Assembly: GCA_028045305.1 (NCBI GenBank)
Contig: JAOFTV010000009.1
Location: 2,399 to 66,398 of the forward strand
Direction of reading: 5' to 3'
Length of the DNA stretch: 64,000 nucleotides
Origin: Opitutales bacterium
GTDB lineage: Bacteria > Verrucomicrobiota > Verrucomicrobiia > Opitutales > Seribacteraceae
Shown one piece after another: positions 30,348-39,489 of the stretch (positions are counted from its first letter, which is position 1; the number at the start of each line of letters is the position of its first letter). The notes below the pieces were generated by a model. That model searched no databases, was not told where the DNA came from, and was given only the letters and a program-made list of their open reading frames with translations. The translations under genes were made by a program, and so were the position numbers.

Positions 30348-33300
30348 ATGCTAATCAATGCGATAAAAGAAAGAGGGTTTGCGAAAGGGATTTTGGATTT
30401 GCCAGACACCAAGGTTCCATGGCTTGCCACACTTGGATTGATTATTGTTGTCTATCTTTTGAGTTTCTGGGTTCGCCTGGAATGGATAGACTTCGCTCAG
30501 GCGAGTTATCTTGACGAGCAAGGTGAAAGAAACTTTTTGCGTCCCAATATGGTTAAGGACGGGGTTGCTTTACCCAACACCCACGATAGCTTTTATTTTG
30601 GTAGCATTGTGCAGAAGGCTGCTCTGGGTATGCATAAGGAAAATAACTTACTTCCTGGTGTTTATCAAAATGGCATGATCACAGCCCTGCCTTATTGGTT
30701 GATCAATCTATTTCCACATCTTTCGATTGAACATCTGCTTTTGTGGTTACCTGTATATATCTCGGGACTTGTTTGTATTCCCATTGTTTTGATTGGCAAT
30801 CTTTACAGGTGTACGCTTTGGGGTTTTGCTGCTGCATGTTTGGCTGTAATAACTCACAGTTATTACAATCGTACTCTTGCAGGGTATTATGATACCGATA
30901 TTTTTGCCATTACATCACCGGCGTTCTCAGTTTTCTTTCTTTTGGCAGCTTCCCGTAAACAATCGATACGATATTTACTCGCTGGTGCCATTTCCTTAAT
31001 TCTAGGTAGGTTCTTTTATGGATCGATCCAAGCAATTACCTGTTCGCTGTGCTTGGGCTTCATGGGTTACCGCATTGGACTTTTAATTTTTGATACATGG
31101 ATTCATCGTGAGGATAATTCCAGCCTTTTAGAAAAACTGGGCAAGGGATTGATGGACCCTTTTAGTTTTTCATCTGTTTTTATCATTTCTTGGATTTTAT
31201 ATGTAGAGAGTTGGTCTTCTGGTGCGCTGGTTGAACAAAACCCTAAACTATTATTTTTTGCATTGGTTTTACCAGTAACTTTACTGCTCGCTTCTTTCAC
31301 ATCGATAAGATTCAAAATTTCTGATTTACGTATATCATTTATGCAATCTAAGTTGTTGCCGTTCTTGGTTTTATCAACTTTGGTTACCGTAGGAGTTGGG
31401 GTTATCCCTTTCATTAATTATGGCCCATTTGCAGGGACTTGGTCAAAAATTACCGGAAAATTACAAAGCTATTCAGTGGTTGGGAAAACTGGAACAACCA
31501 TGGCATCTGAAGTAGGAGCTCTCAAGTTTTTGGATGTCAAAACAACCATTCGTGAGGCTAGTAAAATTCCGCATGAAGTCGTACGAAACCGTATCCTCGC
31601 AGATACGCCGACTTGTTCCTGTCCCCGTTGTATGCCGGGAGGCTTAAAAAATGCAGGATTTGTGGTGCCTGCATCTATCCTTGGTTTAATCGGCATGGGT
31701 TTGCTTATTTTAAGGTATTGGGAATTTTGTATCACTCTTCCTTTCCTTGCGATTGCATACAATTGTTTCAAAGGAGCTGTTGGCTTGAGGTTTACCGTGC
31801 ATGTTGGGAATTATGCCGCCATTGGGTTAGTTTTTTTGCTAACTGTTTTAGTTTGGGGGGGCATAAGGCTTCTTGCAAAGAAACGCTTGCAGAATGATTT
31901 GTACAGACAAAGAGCAGGTTGGGTGAGTTGGGGAGTGGTAGCACTTTTGGTTGCTTGGTTTGCCACCCCAAATTTACAACATGCTGCTAATTATCATTCC
32001 CATGTGGTTTATCCAATCAAAACCATGGAGGTACTTGAGGAACTAAATAAAGCATCAGAACCCGAGGACTTTGTTGTTACTTGGTGGGATTATGGTTCTG
32101 GGTGTTGGTACTACGGCAATACCCGAACTTTTACATCTCCCGCGCATCAAACTGTGGACAATTTTCTAAGCTCAGAAATTCTTCGATCCACTTCAGATTC
32201 CCGAGCTTATAATCTTTCACGATTAAAGACAGAGTCTTATGTTCGTTTACAGGAGGAACGTAGTCGAGAGGGAACGAGCGATTATTCAACGGCAGTCCAG
32301 GCAATGTTTCAGGACGGTTCTCCCCAACAGGTTTTTTACCAAGGATTTTTGGCAGATGCTGCTAAACCTGAATTTCTTCTTCCTCCCAAAACTCGGGATA
32401 CTTTCCTGTTTTTACCTTATGAAATTTTAAGGATTTTTCCTACCATTCTTAGCTTCAGTTCTCGAAACCTTTATTTTTCCGGCAATTCAGGGAGTAATGC
32501 TTCCAATATCAGTGAACCACCAATGAAAATTATTCGAGGAGGCAGAAGGGAAGGAACATCATATGTTTTTGATGGGGGTTATCGATTGAACCGAAGAGGT
32601 GACTTGCTCGTTGATGGTGCTCAAAAAGGAATTATTTCTTATGGTCAAGTGTTCGAAGTTGATCCACAAGGCGGACCTGCTCGAGCAGTTGATTCAGTCT
32701 CCATTGATGGTTTGAAAATTGCATTAAAGTATAATTCCTCGGTCGGTCGACGATTGGTTCATATTCCTCACCTCAATGAGTTGATTATTCTTTCAGCAGA
32801 TACCTTTCGCTCATCTTTTGCACGGCGCTACCTACTTTCCCGGTTTGTTTCTGAAGTTTATGAACATCCTTTGTTTGCAAAAGGAGCAGACCCAAGAAAG
32901 CAGCCCTTTTTCGCACAGGCAGACTGGGTGACCAGCCAAGGGTCCAAAATTTTCCTAAACATGAGAGGAGGTTACCGTATTGAAGCCGATCTGAGTAAGA
33001 ATTCTGCTATTTTGCCCGGAGTTTCTAAACCCGTTGAATTTTCCTTTCATCGGAAATTGCATGATCAGACAAATTACAAGCTTATGAATATCCCTTCCGT
33101 TGAAAAACAAAATGCTCGTTTTCACTTGATTCAGACAAGTTTGCCTTTTTTTAGCTCAGATCGAGATCAAACAATATCGAGTGATGGACAAACTGTCGCA
33201 GAATTTGCTAAGACTCATAATATTCCCCCACATGCATTGGCTCAATACAATGATTTTAAACTAGACCATGTCTTTGCCAAAGGCGATAAAGTAAGGATTC

Positions 33301-33458
33301 CTGGAAAGGGCTATCAACTTGGACAAGCTTGGTTTTTTATGGACGAAGAAGCTTTTAGAAGTGTACTTGTCCAAGGATACTTTATGGAGGATTTAAACAA
33401 TAAATATTTTGAAAAGGTTTTCGCAAATGCGTGGGGAAAGGTTTTTAAATTGAAGTAA
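30348..33458 (+). CDS. pglB: STT3/PglB-family oligosaccharyltransferase with extra inserts
   Basis: [37 protein letters not shown] (32082-32096) and DNFLSS; multi-TM N-terminal half. Confidence 0.9.
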   Translation: MLINAIKERGFAKGILDLPDTKVPWLATLGLIIVVYLLSFWVRLEWIDFAQASYLDEQGERNFLRPNMVKDGVALPNTHDSFYFGSIVQKAALGMHKENNLLPGVYQNGMITALPYWLINLFPHLSIEHLLLWLPVYISGLVCIPIVLIGNLYRCTLWGFAAACLAVITHSYYNRTLAGYYDTDIFAITSPAFSVFFLLAASRKQSIRYLLAGAISLILGRFFYGSIQAITCSLCLGFMGYRIGLLIFDTWIHREDNSSLLEKLGKGLMDPFSFSSVFIISWILYVESWSSGALVEQNPKLLFFALVLPVTLLLASFTSIRFKISDLRISFMQSKLLPFLVLSTLVTVGVGVIPFINYGPFAGTWSKITGKLQSYSVVGKTGTTMASEVGALKFLDVKTTIREASKIPHEVVRNRILADTPTCSCPRCMPGGLKNAGFVVPASILGLIGMGLLILRYWEFCITLPFLAIAYNCFKGAVGLRFTVHVGNYAAIGLVFLLTVLVWGGIRLLAKKRLQNDLYRQRAGWVSWGVVALLVAWFATPNLQHAANYHSHVVYPIKTMEVLEELNKASEPEDFVVTWWDYGSGCWYYGNTRTFTSPAHQTVDNFLSSEILRSTSDSRAYNLSRLKTESYVRLQEERSREGTSDYSTAVQAMFQDGSPQQVFYQGFLADAAKPEFLLPPKTRDTFLFLPYEILRIFPTILSFSSRNLYFSGNSGSNASNISEPPMKIIRGGRREGTSYVFDGGYRLNRRGDLLVDGAQKGIISYGQVFEVDPQGGPARAVDSVSIDGLKIALKYNSSVGRRLVHIPHLNELIILSADTFRSSFARRYLLSRFVSEVYEHPLFAKGADPRKQPFFAQADWVTSQGSKIFLNMRGGYRIEADLSKNSAILPGVSKPVEFSFHRKLHDQTNYKLMNIPSVEKQNARFHLIQTSLPFFSSDRDQTISSDGQTVAEFAKTHNIPPHALAQYNDFKLDHVFAKGDKVRIPGKGYQLGQAWFFMDEEAFRSVLVQGYFMEDLNNKYFEKVFANAWGKVFKLK

Positions 33459-33553
33459 GTAATTTGCGGAATCTTAATTTTATCAATTATCATTAACTTA
33501 TTGATGTATTTTTTTTGTTGTTAGCGCTAATGTTAGTTATCTAAGATAGTATT

Positions 33554-36262
33554 ATGCACCAATTCAGACGATTTTTCATTCTGGCTGTCTTGCAGCTTCT
33601 AAGTTCTGTGTGCTTGTTTGGTATTGATTCCAAGGGGGCTATCATTATTGCCAACATTGTCGGAGAGGTTGAGGTTCTGAACAACGCTACCCAAACACCA
33701 TTGTCTTCGGATAAAGTTATTACCGGGGGAGTTTTGTTTGATGGGCACACCATCAAAGCTGGAAAGGGTTCAAAAGCCATTTTACTGATGTCAAGTGGAA
33801 CCATTCTCACAGTCCGTGAAAACTCCTCCATTAACTTGAAAAAGTTCGCCCAGGAACCTTTCACTCCTGGGGATAAAAAACTTTCTGAACTCAAATCGGA
33901 GCCTAGCCCATCTGAAACCACCGTTGAAGTTGAGAAAGGCGATTTGATTTTTAACATCAAAAAGTTGGATAAGAACTCGAATTTCGATATAGAATCCCCC
34001 TTGGGAACCGCGGGAATTCGCGGAACTGCCGGTTCTGCTGGTACTGATAAACTAACTCTTACCGAAGGTGCTGTACAAATCACACCCATCGGAGGCGGAG
34101 TCCCTGTTCCTTTGGGCGCGGGCCAAACCATCGCACCAGCACCTGGAGGAGGATTGAACACTCAGCCTGCGAGTGCTGAGGACATGAATAGTATTAACTC
34201 AGAAAATGCAGAAGCAGAGTCTAACACAGCAGATGTCTCTATGGAGGATGCTGCATCCGCTCAATCGGAGGTTGAGGAAGAGTCTGCTGCGGAAGAAGAA
34301 GCTGCTGCGGAAGAAGAACCTGCGGAAGAAGAGGCCGAAGAGGCTGCCGAAGAAGAAGCTGCGGAGGAGGAAGCCCCCGCTGAAGAGGAAGCCCCTGCTG
34401 AGGAGGAAGCCCCTGCTGAGGAGGAAGCCCCTGCTGAAGAACCTGAATCTGCACCTGAAGAAGAAGCCCCCGCTGATGAACCAGCTCCTGTTGCGGAAGA
34501 AGAAGCCCCTGCAGAAGAGCCATCTGCTCCAGCCGAACCAGAACCGGCAGCTGAACCAGAACCCACTGCTCCAGAAGAAGCCCCTCCTGCTGAACAAGCT
34601 TCTGCACCTGTAGAACCTGAAGCTGCTCCGGTAAGTGAACAAGCTCCTGTAGAGGTAGCCGCACCTTCTTCAGAATCCATTCGGGAGTCTGACCCCACAA
34701 TGAGAGAAAAGCAGAAAGGTAATGATGACCTTGATGCTAAGGAAGCAGCAATTAAATCAGCCTTGATGGCAGCTGGTGTCGATGAAGACCAAGCCTCTGC
34801 TGGAGCTTCCTTTATTGGTGAATCTTCTGATACTGATAATTTCCAAATTAACCTCGATGATATTAAAAATAGTACTGCTGATGAGTTAAAAGAAGCAGCT
34901 GAAAATGTTTCTTCTGGGATTGATCCTGCTGTTGCTGATGCTTTAAAGAGGCTCAAGAGGGACTTCCCCTCCTTTTCTTCCCTTTTCGAAAAGTACAAAG
35001 ACCATGCCATAGGTATTCTTGAACTTGTCTCATCACAATCCACAAAAGCTCGGCAAGTCGCTTCTTTAAATGATCAAGTTTTTGCCTTATATACAGATGC
35101 GGAGAATAGTGCTTTTTTTGAGGAGGAGATTGGGGTTGATGATGGTGATGCCTTTCGTGATCTACTGATTGATGATCCTGTCTTTTTCTCCAAGTTTTTA
35201 CCAGCACTCAAAAAGAACCCTAGTCTCCCACCTCTCCTATTCTCTGAGTTAGCTAAGTTATCCCTGACCGATTCTGAATTAAATGAAGTCCTCTCTGATG
35301 TCGGCGAAGGTCCCGGTGATGCCTCTCCATCGGGTAACCCCCCTGCAACATCTTCGCTCAATCTTTCTCAGGAAGCTGAAATGCTTCACCTATTGCAAGA
35401 TCATAAGATCTCTCCTGAGACCCTAGACGAAACCTTATTCATTTCATCTAACAATTTTGTGGCGAGTGTGTTTTTTGATGATGTTGTACAAGCTTATGCA
35501 GCGATGAGCCAATTGGAGGATTCTTTAACTAAGGACACTGCCGATCCTGTCATCCTTGATAGCATCGACTCCATTCAGAATTTCTCCAAGGTGTCAACAG
35601 ACTCGCAGAGCGACTCAACTGACGATGAAACTTTTATCTTCGGCGGTCGTAATGTTAGTTTATCTGGAGGTAAATATCCGGTGCTCAAAACCCCCGCTTT
35701 AATTGCTGCGTCCGAAAAACTTACTCTTCTTGGAGATTTGGTGTTCCAAGGAGATGAGAAGAGTGAACTAACCTTCCTCTCATCCGGTTCAATTGATACT
35801 ACTGATTTAACCAGTATTTCTCACCCTGGAAAACTGGGCTTTGGTTCCTTTGCCTCCCTGAATATTGAAAATGTTAGCCTAACTGCCTCTGAGATACATC
35901 TCCGGTCTTTGGATAGTATTATTCTAAAAAACACAAACCTCGTTACTAACTCTACTGGTGTGGATTTTATTCATTTAATGGCTGTCAGTGAAATAAATGC
36001 AGAGCAGTTGTCTATCCAGACTAGAGAAATCATCATGTCTGCAATGACGATTAATCTGATTGGTGTTAATTTTCCATCAGATTCGATTGTTGAGTTGAAT
36101 AGTGCTTATGGAGGCATTGGTGGTAAATATCCTAATTTTGGATCAAAGCAATATGGGAGAGTTAATTTCATCGAGGGTGTAAGATACGGTGAAAGTTTGA
36201 TCAACAGTGCATCTGCATTTGATGCTACTGGAGTAAATATTTCCATAGGGAAATTGCAGTAA
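33554..36262 (+). CDS. Large exported protein: FecR-like domain, acidic Ala/Glu/Pro linker, beta-rich C-terminal domain
   Basis: Signal peptide; FecR signature FDIESPLGTAGIRGT; AEEEAP repeats; no C-terminal TM. Confidence 0.8.
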   Translation: MHQFRRFFILAVLQLLSSVCLFGIDSKGAIIIANIVGEVEVLNNATQTPLSSDKVITGGVLFDGHTIKAGKGSKAILLMSSGTILTVRENSSINLKKFAQEPFTPGDKKLSELKSEPSPSETTVEVEKGDLIFNIKKLDKNSNFDIESPLGTAGIRGTAGSAGTDKLTLTEGAVQITPIGGGVPVPLGAGQTIAPAPGGGLNTQPASAEDMNSINSENAEAESNTADVSMEDAASAQSEVEEESAAEEEAAAEEEPAEEEAEEAAEEEAAEEEAPAEEEAPAEEEAPAEEEAPAEEPESAPEEEAPADEPAPVAEEEAPAEEPSAPAEPEPAAEPEPTAPEEAPPAEQASAPVEPEAAPVSEQAPVEVAAPSSESIRESDPTMREKQKGNDDLDAKEAAIKSALMAAGVDEDQASAGASFIGESSDTDNFQINLDDIKNSTADELKEAAENVSSGIDPAVADALKRLKRDFPSFSSLFEKYKDHAIGILELVSSQSTKARQVASLNDQVFALYTDAENSAFFEEEIGVDDGDAFRDLLIDDPVFFSKFLPALKKNPSLPPLLFSELAKLSLTDSELNEVLSDVGEGPGDASPSGNPPATSSLNLSQEAEMLHLLQDHKISPETLDETLFISSNNFVASVFFDDVVQAYAAMSQLEDSLTKDTADPVILDSIDSIQNFSKVSTDSQSDSTDDETFIFGGRNVSLSGGKYPVLKTPALIAASEKLTLLGDLVFQGDEKSELTFLSSGSIDTTDLTSISHPGKLGFGSFASLNIENVSLTASEIHLRSLDSIILKNTNLVTNSTGVDFIHLMAVSEINAEQLSIQTREIIMSAMTINLIGVNFPSDSIVELNSAYGGIGGKYPNFGSKQYGRVNFIEGVRYGESLINSASAFDATGVNISIGKLQ
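34361..34432 (+). repeat. Four 18-bp tandem repeats encoding AEEEAP, within a longer degenerate acidic region (~34270-34670)
   Basis: gcggaggaggaagccccc / gctgaagaggaagcccct / gctgaggaggaagcccct x2. Confidence 0.9.
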
Positions 36263-36294
36263 AACTAGCCCAATTTCTTTTAGGAATTGCCGAC

Positions 36295-37374
36295 ATGCTG
36301 CTGTTTATAAAGAATACAAGAATGCTTAGGAGTCTTTTCTTTTTTTGTTATCTATTATGCTGGTTAAATGTTGTGGGGCAGGAATCGTCCAACACATCAA
36401 ACAAATCTGATTCTCAAGAAAGTGTTCTTCCATCGGATTTCTTTGCTGGTGCTTTAGCGGATGCTACATCTATTAGTGAAGAATCAAGCAAGCAGAGATT
36501 AATAGATGTGAAAAGCACCACACTTTCACCAGCTTTAGCGTTTGGGTCATCATTTAAATATATCAATAATCCTGAAAAAAATTCTCTTTTATCTAGAAAA
36601 AGAGATGGTTCAGCATTGGATGTAAGCCTTACCTTTACTATGGGCTTGGGTGAGTATGGACTTTCTGATTTTGCGGTTACAGCACCATCTTTTATGTTTA
36701 TGAAGATGAGGACCTACAATGATCCTAACAAAGACTTTGGTCGGGAAATGGAAGCATATGATGTTGCAGTTCAAATAGCAGGCTTATCAATCCCATTTGT
36801 ATTACCCTATGATTTTACGGCAACTCTTGGGCACACCTATGTGGTTCCTTCACAGTTTCGTAATGCCGACAACATACTTTCTTATTCGAATACACCAAAT
36901 TTCAACATTGCTCGCCCCATTGCTCTTCCAAATGGGGATGTACTAGCTATAACGACGGGCGTAAGCTATACTTTTTCTGAGGGTGATTCTTTAGAGGAGA
37001 GTTTGAAATCAGCCGGTTTGCCTGTTTCATTAATCAATTCCATTGCAACCGTTGAGGCAAATTCTGCATCTCCTTACAACTTGCAAAATGGTTTTAGTCA
37101 CAGTGTTGGTCTCTCTTACCCAAAACCGCTTAATGAAAAACTGACAGTTACACCCAGTCTGAATTACTCTAAAATGCATTATGACAAAGGATCCAATGAT
37201 GGTCGGAAAGATACAACCTATGTTGCAGGGCTTACTGCAGCATATAAAGTAAATGATTGGATGAATGTTACCGGACTTGCGAATTATACGATTAAGAAGA
37301 CCAATGGTAATCTGTCTCCCGAGTTTAAAGATTTTGTTGGTGGTATCAGCGTTGGGTTCAGTCATTCTTTCTAA
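36295..37374 (+). CDS. Putative outer-membrane beta-barrel protein
   Basis: Signal peptide; alternating aromatic/hydrophobic strands; C-terminal beta-signal GISVGFSHSF. Confidence 0.75.
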   Translation: MLLFIKNTRMLRSLFFFCYLLCWLNVVGQESSNTSNKSDSQESVLPSDFFAGALADATSISEESSKQRLIDVKSTTLSPALAFGSSFKYINNPEKNSLLSRKRDGSALDVSLTFTMGLGEYGLSDFAVTAPSFMFMKMRTYNDPNKDFGREMEAYDVAVQIAGLSIPFVLPYDFTATLGHTYVVPSQFRNADNILSYSNTPNFNIARPIALPNGDVLAITTGVSYTFSEGDSLEESLKSAGLPVSLINSIATVEANSASPYNLQNGFSHSVGLSYPKPLNEKLTVTPSLNYSKMHYDKGSNDGRKDTTYVAGLTAAYKVNDWMNVTGLANYTIKKTNGNLSPEFKDFVGGISVGFSHSF

Positions 37375-37377
37375 TTT

Positions 37378-38424
37378 GTGAAAATGAAAATGCCTCTTAA
37401 AGGCATTTACATATTATTTCTTGGGGTATTTTTTTTGCTTACTATTTCTTGTCGTCCAAGCGAAAAAAAAACCATCACTCAGGAGCAAGCAAATTCCCTA
37501 ATCAAACAGGCAGATGGTGACTTGTCTGAACAAAACTATCTCGCCGCATTACAAGGCTTTGAGTCTGCTCTGGTTTACTATAAAAATTTTCAACCGAATG
37601 GTAGTAAAGTCGATGAATTAAGCGCAAAAATTAGGCAGACTAAGGCGATGTCCTTGGTAAGCCATTTTCAGGCAGTCGAAAATCAAAATGAGGATGATGC
37701 AGATAAACAACTTTTGCCTAAAACATTGGAAGCAAAAGATTTTAGAGTTTTACAACTTTATGGAAATCCAGTGTTAAAGAGAAAATGGACAGATCGTAAA
37801 CTTCAAAAAAGCGGTGAGTTTGTGGGGAAAGGAAGAAAGTTCACCCTTTTTCTCAAAGATGGAGTGGAATTATTCTTAGATAATAAACATCATCAGACTC
37901 TACGATCTTGCGGACCAGCCGGTTTCACTCTTTGGGAAAATTCAGTTACTGAAATATCTTCGGGAATTTATTTGATCTCGGGGAAAAATCTTCCCGCAGA
38001 AGGATGGTTTTTTTCCTATCCTATTGGTCAATTTTACTTAAGAGCAGATGAAGCTTTTGCTGTTATGCTTGAAACAACAACGAATGGTGGTTGTAAAATC
38101 ATTAGTTTAATTGGCACCACTGAGTTGATTATGGACAGTGGAGTGCGATCTATAATCTCTCCAGGAGAACTTATTTTTTTGATGAGGGATGAATTTAGTG
38201 TAAAGATGAATATCGAACTATCCACTTTTATAGGTACTTCTAAACTTTTTTCAGAGTTTGCTTCACCTCCCCCGATGCACAAAAAAATGAGACAACAGGC
38301 ATTAATTCAAGCATTGCGTACTAAGAAGCATTATCGGGCGTTGGTGGGTGATGCAAAAACGCTTGATGATTTTGAGGTACAAATTTTAAAGGAGGAAGAT
38401 GCTTTTAAAGATTCAGGAGATTGA
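37378..38424 (+). CDS. Putative lipoprotein with a TPR-like helix pair and a FecR-like beta domain (paralog A)
   Basis: Lipobox LLTISC; helical ADGDLSEQNYLAALQGFE; SLIG...ISPGE. Confidence 0.6.
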   Translation: MKMKMPLKGIYILFLGVFFLLTISCRPSEKKTITQEQANSLIKQADGDLSEQNYLAALQGFESALVYYKNFQPNGSKVDELSAKIRQTKAMSLVSHFQAVENQNEDDADKQLLPKTLEAKDFRVLQLYGNPVLKRKWTDRKLQKSGEFVGKGRKFTLFLKDGVELFLDNKHHQTLRSCGPAGFTLWENSVTEISSGIYLISGKNLPAEGWFFSYPIGQFYLRADEAFAVMLETTTNGGCKIISLIGTTELIMDSGVRSIISPGELIFLMRDEFSVKMNIELSTFIGTSKLFSEFASPPPMHKKMRQQALIQALRTKKHYRALVGDAKTLDDFEVQILKEEDAFKDSGD

Positions 38425-38432
38425 TTGCATGG

Positions 38433-38451
38433 TTGACCATGAGTTGGTCAA
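38433..38451. promoter_or_regulatory. Perfect 7-5-7 inverted repeat; candidate operator
   Basis: TTGACCA-TGAGT-TGGTCAA in the 52-bp gap between the two paralogs. Confidence 0.4.
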
Positions 38452-38476
38452 AGAAGATGCTATTGAACAGTAAAAA

Positions 38477-39421
38477 ATGTTTTTCCGAACTTTCAGGCAC
38501 CCTCTTTTTATTCTTTCATTTCTTGGGCTTTCCTTTTTTTTTCCCTTGATTGGATTGGCCAACCCTGAACGGGATGCTCTCATCGAAGATCATTACCAAA
38601 GAGGATATGATCTTTCGGAGAGCAAGGAATTCTCAAGGGCTCTTTTGGAACTCAATCTAGCAATGAGGCACATGCGGCATCTCCCTAGGCATCCCCGTAG
38701 AATAGAGATAGAGAAGTTAATTTTAAGGACAAAGGAACGCATGGTGTTGGAGCGATATTTGCAATCAAATGAATCCTCTATCAAAAAAGATGATCATTTA
38801 CTCCCCCTGAAATTTGAACCCGATCATTTTCGTGTCCGGCAAATTTATGGAAAGGTGTACATCCGCAAGATTTGGAAAGATCGAGAAACAATTACAACAA
38901 AAGAATATATTGGAGAAGGCAGGCAGGTTTCCACACTTCCCCACGCTGGTATCGAATTGGAAGAGTCCCGCACCCAGGGTTTTATTTTACGTGCAGTAGA
39001 TGCTGCTGGATTATCTCTTCTATCCTCTAATTCACTGGAATTACATTCCGGTTGCTTTTCAATATGTTCGAATAAATATATTCCTGAACTCATGCTCAAG
39101 TCGAGTTCAGCAAACCTTTCAGTCTCGAGCAGACAGCCTTTTGCATTGTTTGTTGAGGTGGGAACAGATGGACATTTGCACGCCACCTCCCTATTGGGGG
39201 AAATTAAACTACAAAATGGTGATGATCTGGTGCAGATTCTTCCTGGCGAAAGATGTGAGTCGACTCAATATGGGCTTAATCAAATTGATGATATGGATTT
39301 GGGGTCACATTTTTTGCGATCTAAACTCCTAGGGAAATTTCAAAACCCTCCCATTTTTTACGGTCAACTTGTTCAACAAGCACGAATTCAGATTCGTCGA
39401 TCAAGAGTTTCCTTGGAATGA
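38477..39421 (+). CDS. Exported protein with a TPR-like helix pair and a FecR-like beta domain (paralog B)
   Basis: Signal peptide; colinear motifs shared with 37378-38424. Confidence 0.6.
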   Translation: MFFRTFRHPLFILSFLGLSFFFPLIGLANPERDALIEDHYQRGYDLSESKEFSRALLELNLAMRHMRHLPRHPRRIEIEKLILRTKERMVLERYLQSNESSIKKDDHLLPLKFEPDHFRVRQIYGKVYIRKIWKDRETITTKEYIGEGRQVSTLPHAGIELEESRTQGFILRAVDAAGLSLLSSNSLELHSGCFSICSNKYIPELMLKSSSANLSVSSRQPFALFVEVGTDGHLHATSLLGEIKLQNGDDLVQILPGERCESTQYGLNQIDDMDLGSHFLRSKLLGKFQNPPIFYGQLVQQARIQIRRSRVSLE

Positions 39422-39489
39422 TAGATGAACTTTGCTTGGCGGAAAAAATCGAATCATCTCGAGACGATTAACGATTCTTCATCTAAGCC

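Noticed and set aside
34361-34432. Tandem repeats considered as a CRISPR array (also 56718-57050)
   Set aside because: No unique spacers, in-frame within coding sequence, and no cas genes
33541-35043. Several long alternative-frame and antisense ORFs (e.g. QQGLPP repeats, SSAGASS repeats, RRKPLL repeats)
   Set aside because: Stop-free by-products of the GAA/GCC/CCT-rich repeat in the FecR gene
33554-39421. Classical FecI/FecR/FecA signalling cassette
   Set aside because: No ECF sigma factor or TonB-dependent receptor adjacent; the barrel is too short and has no plug
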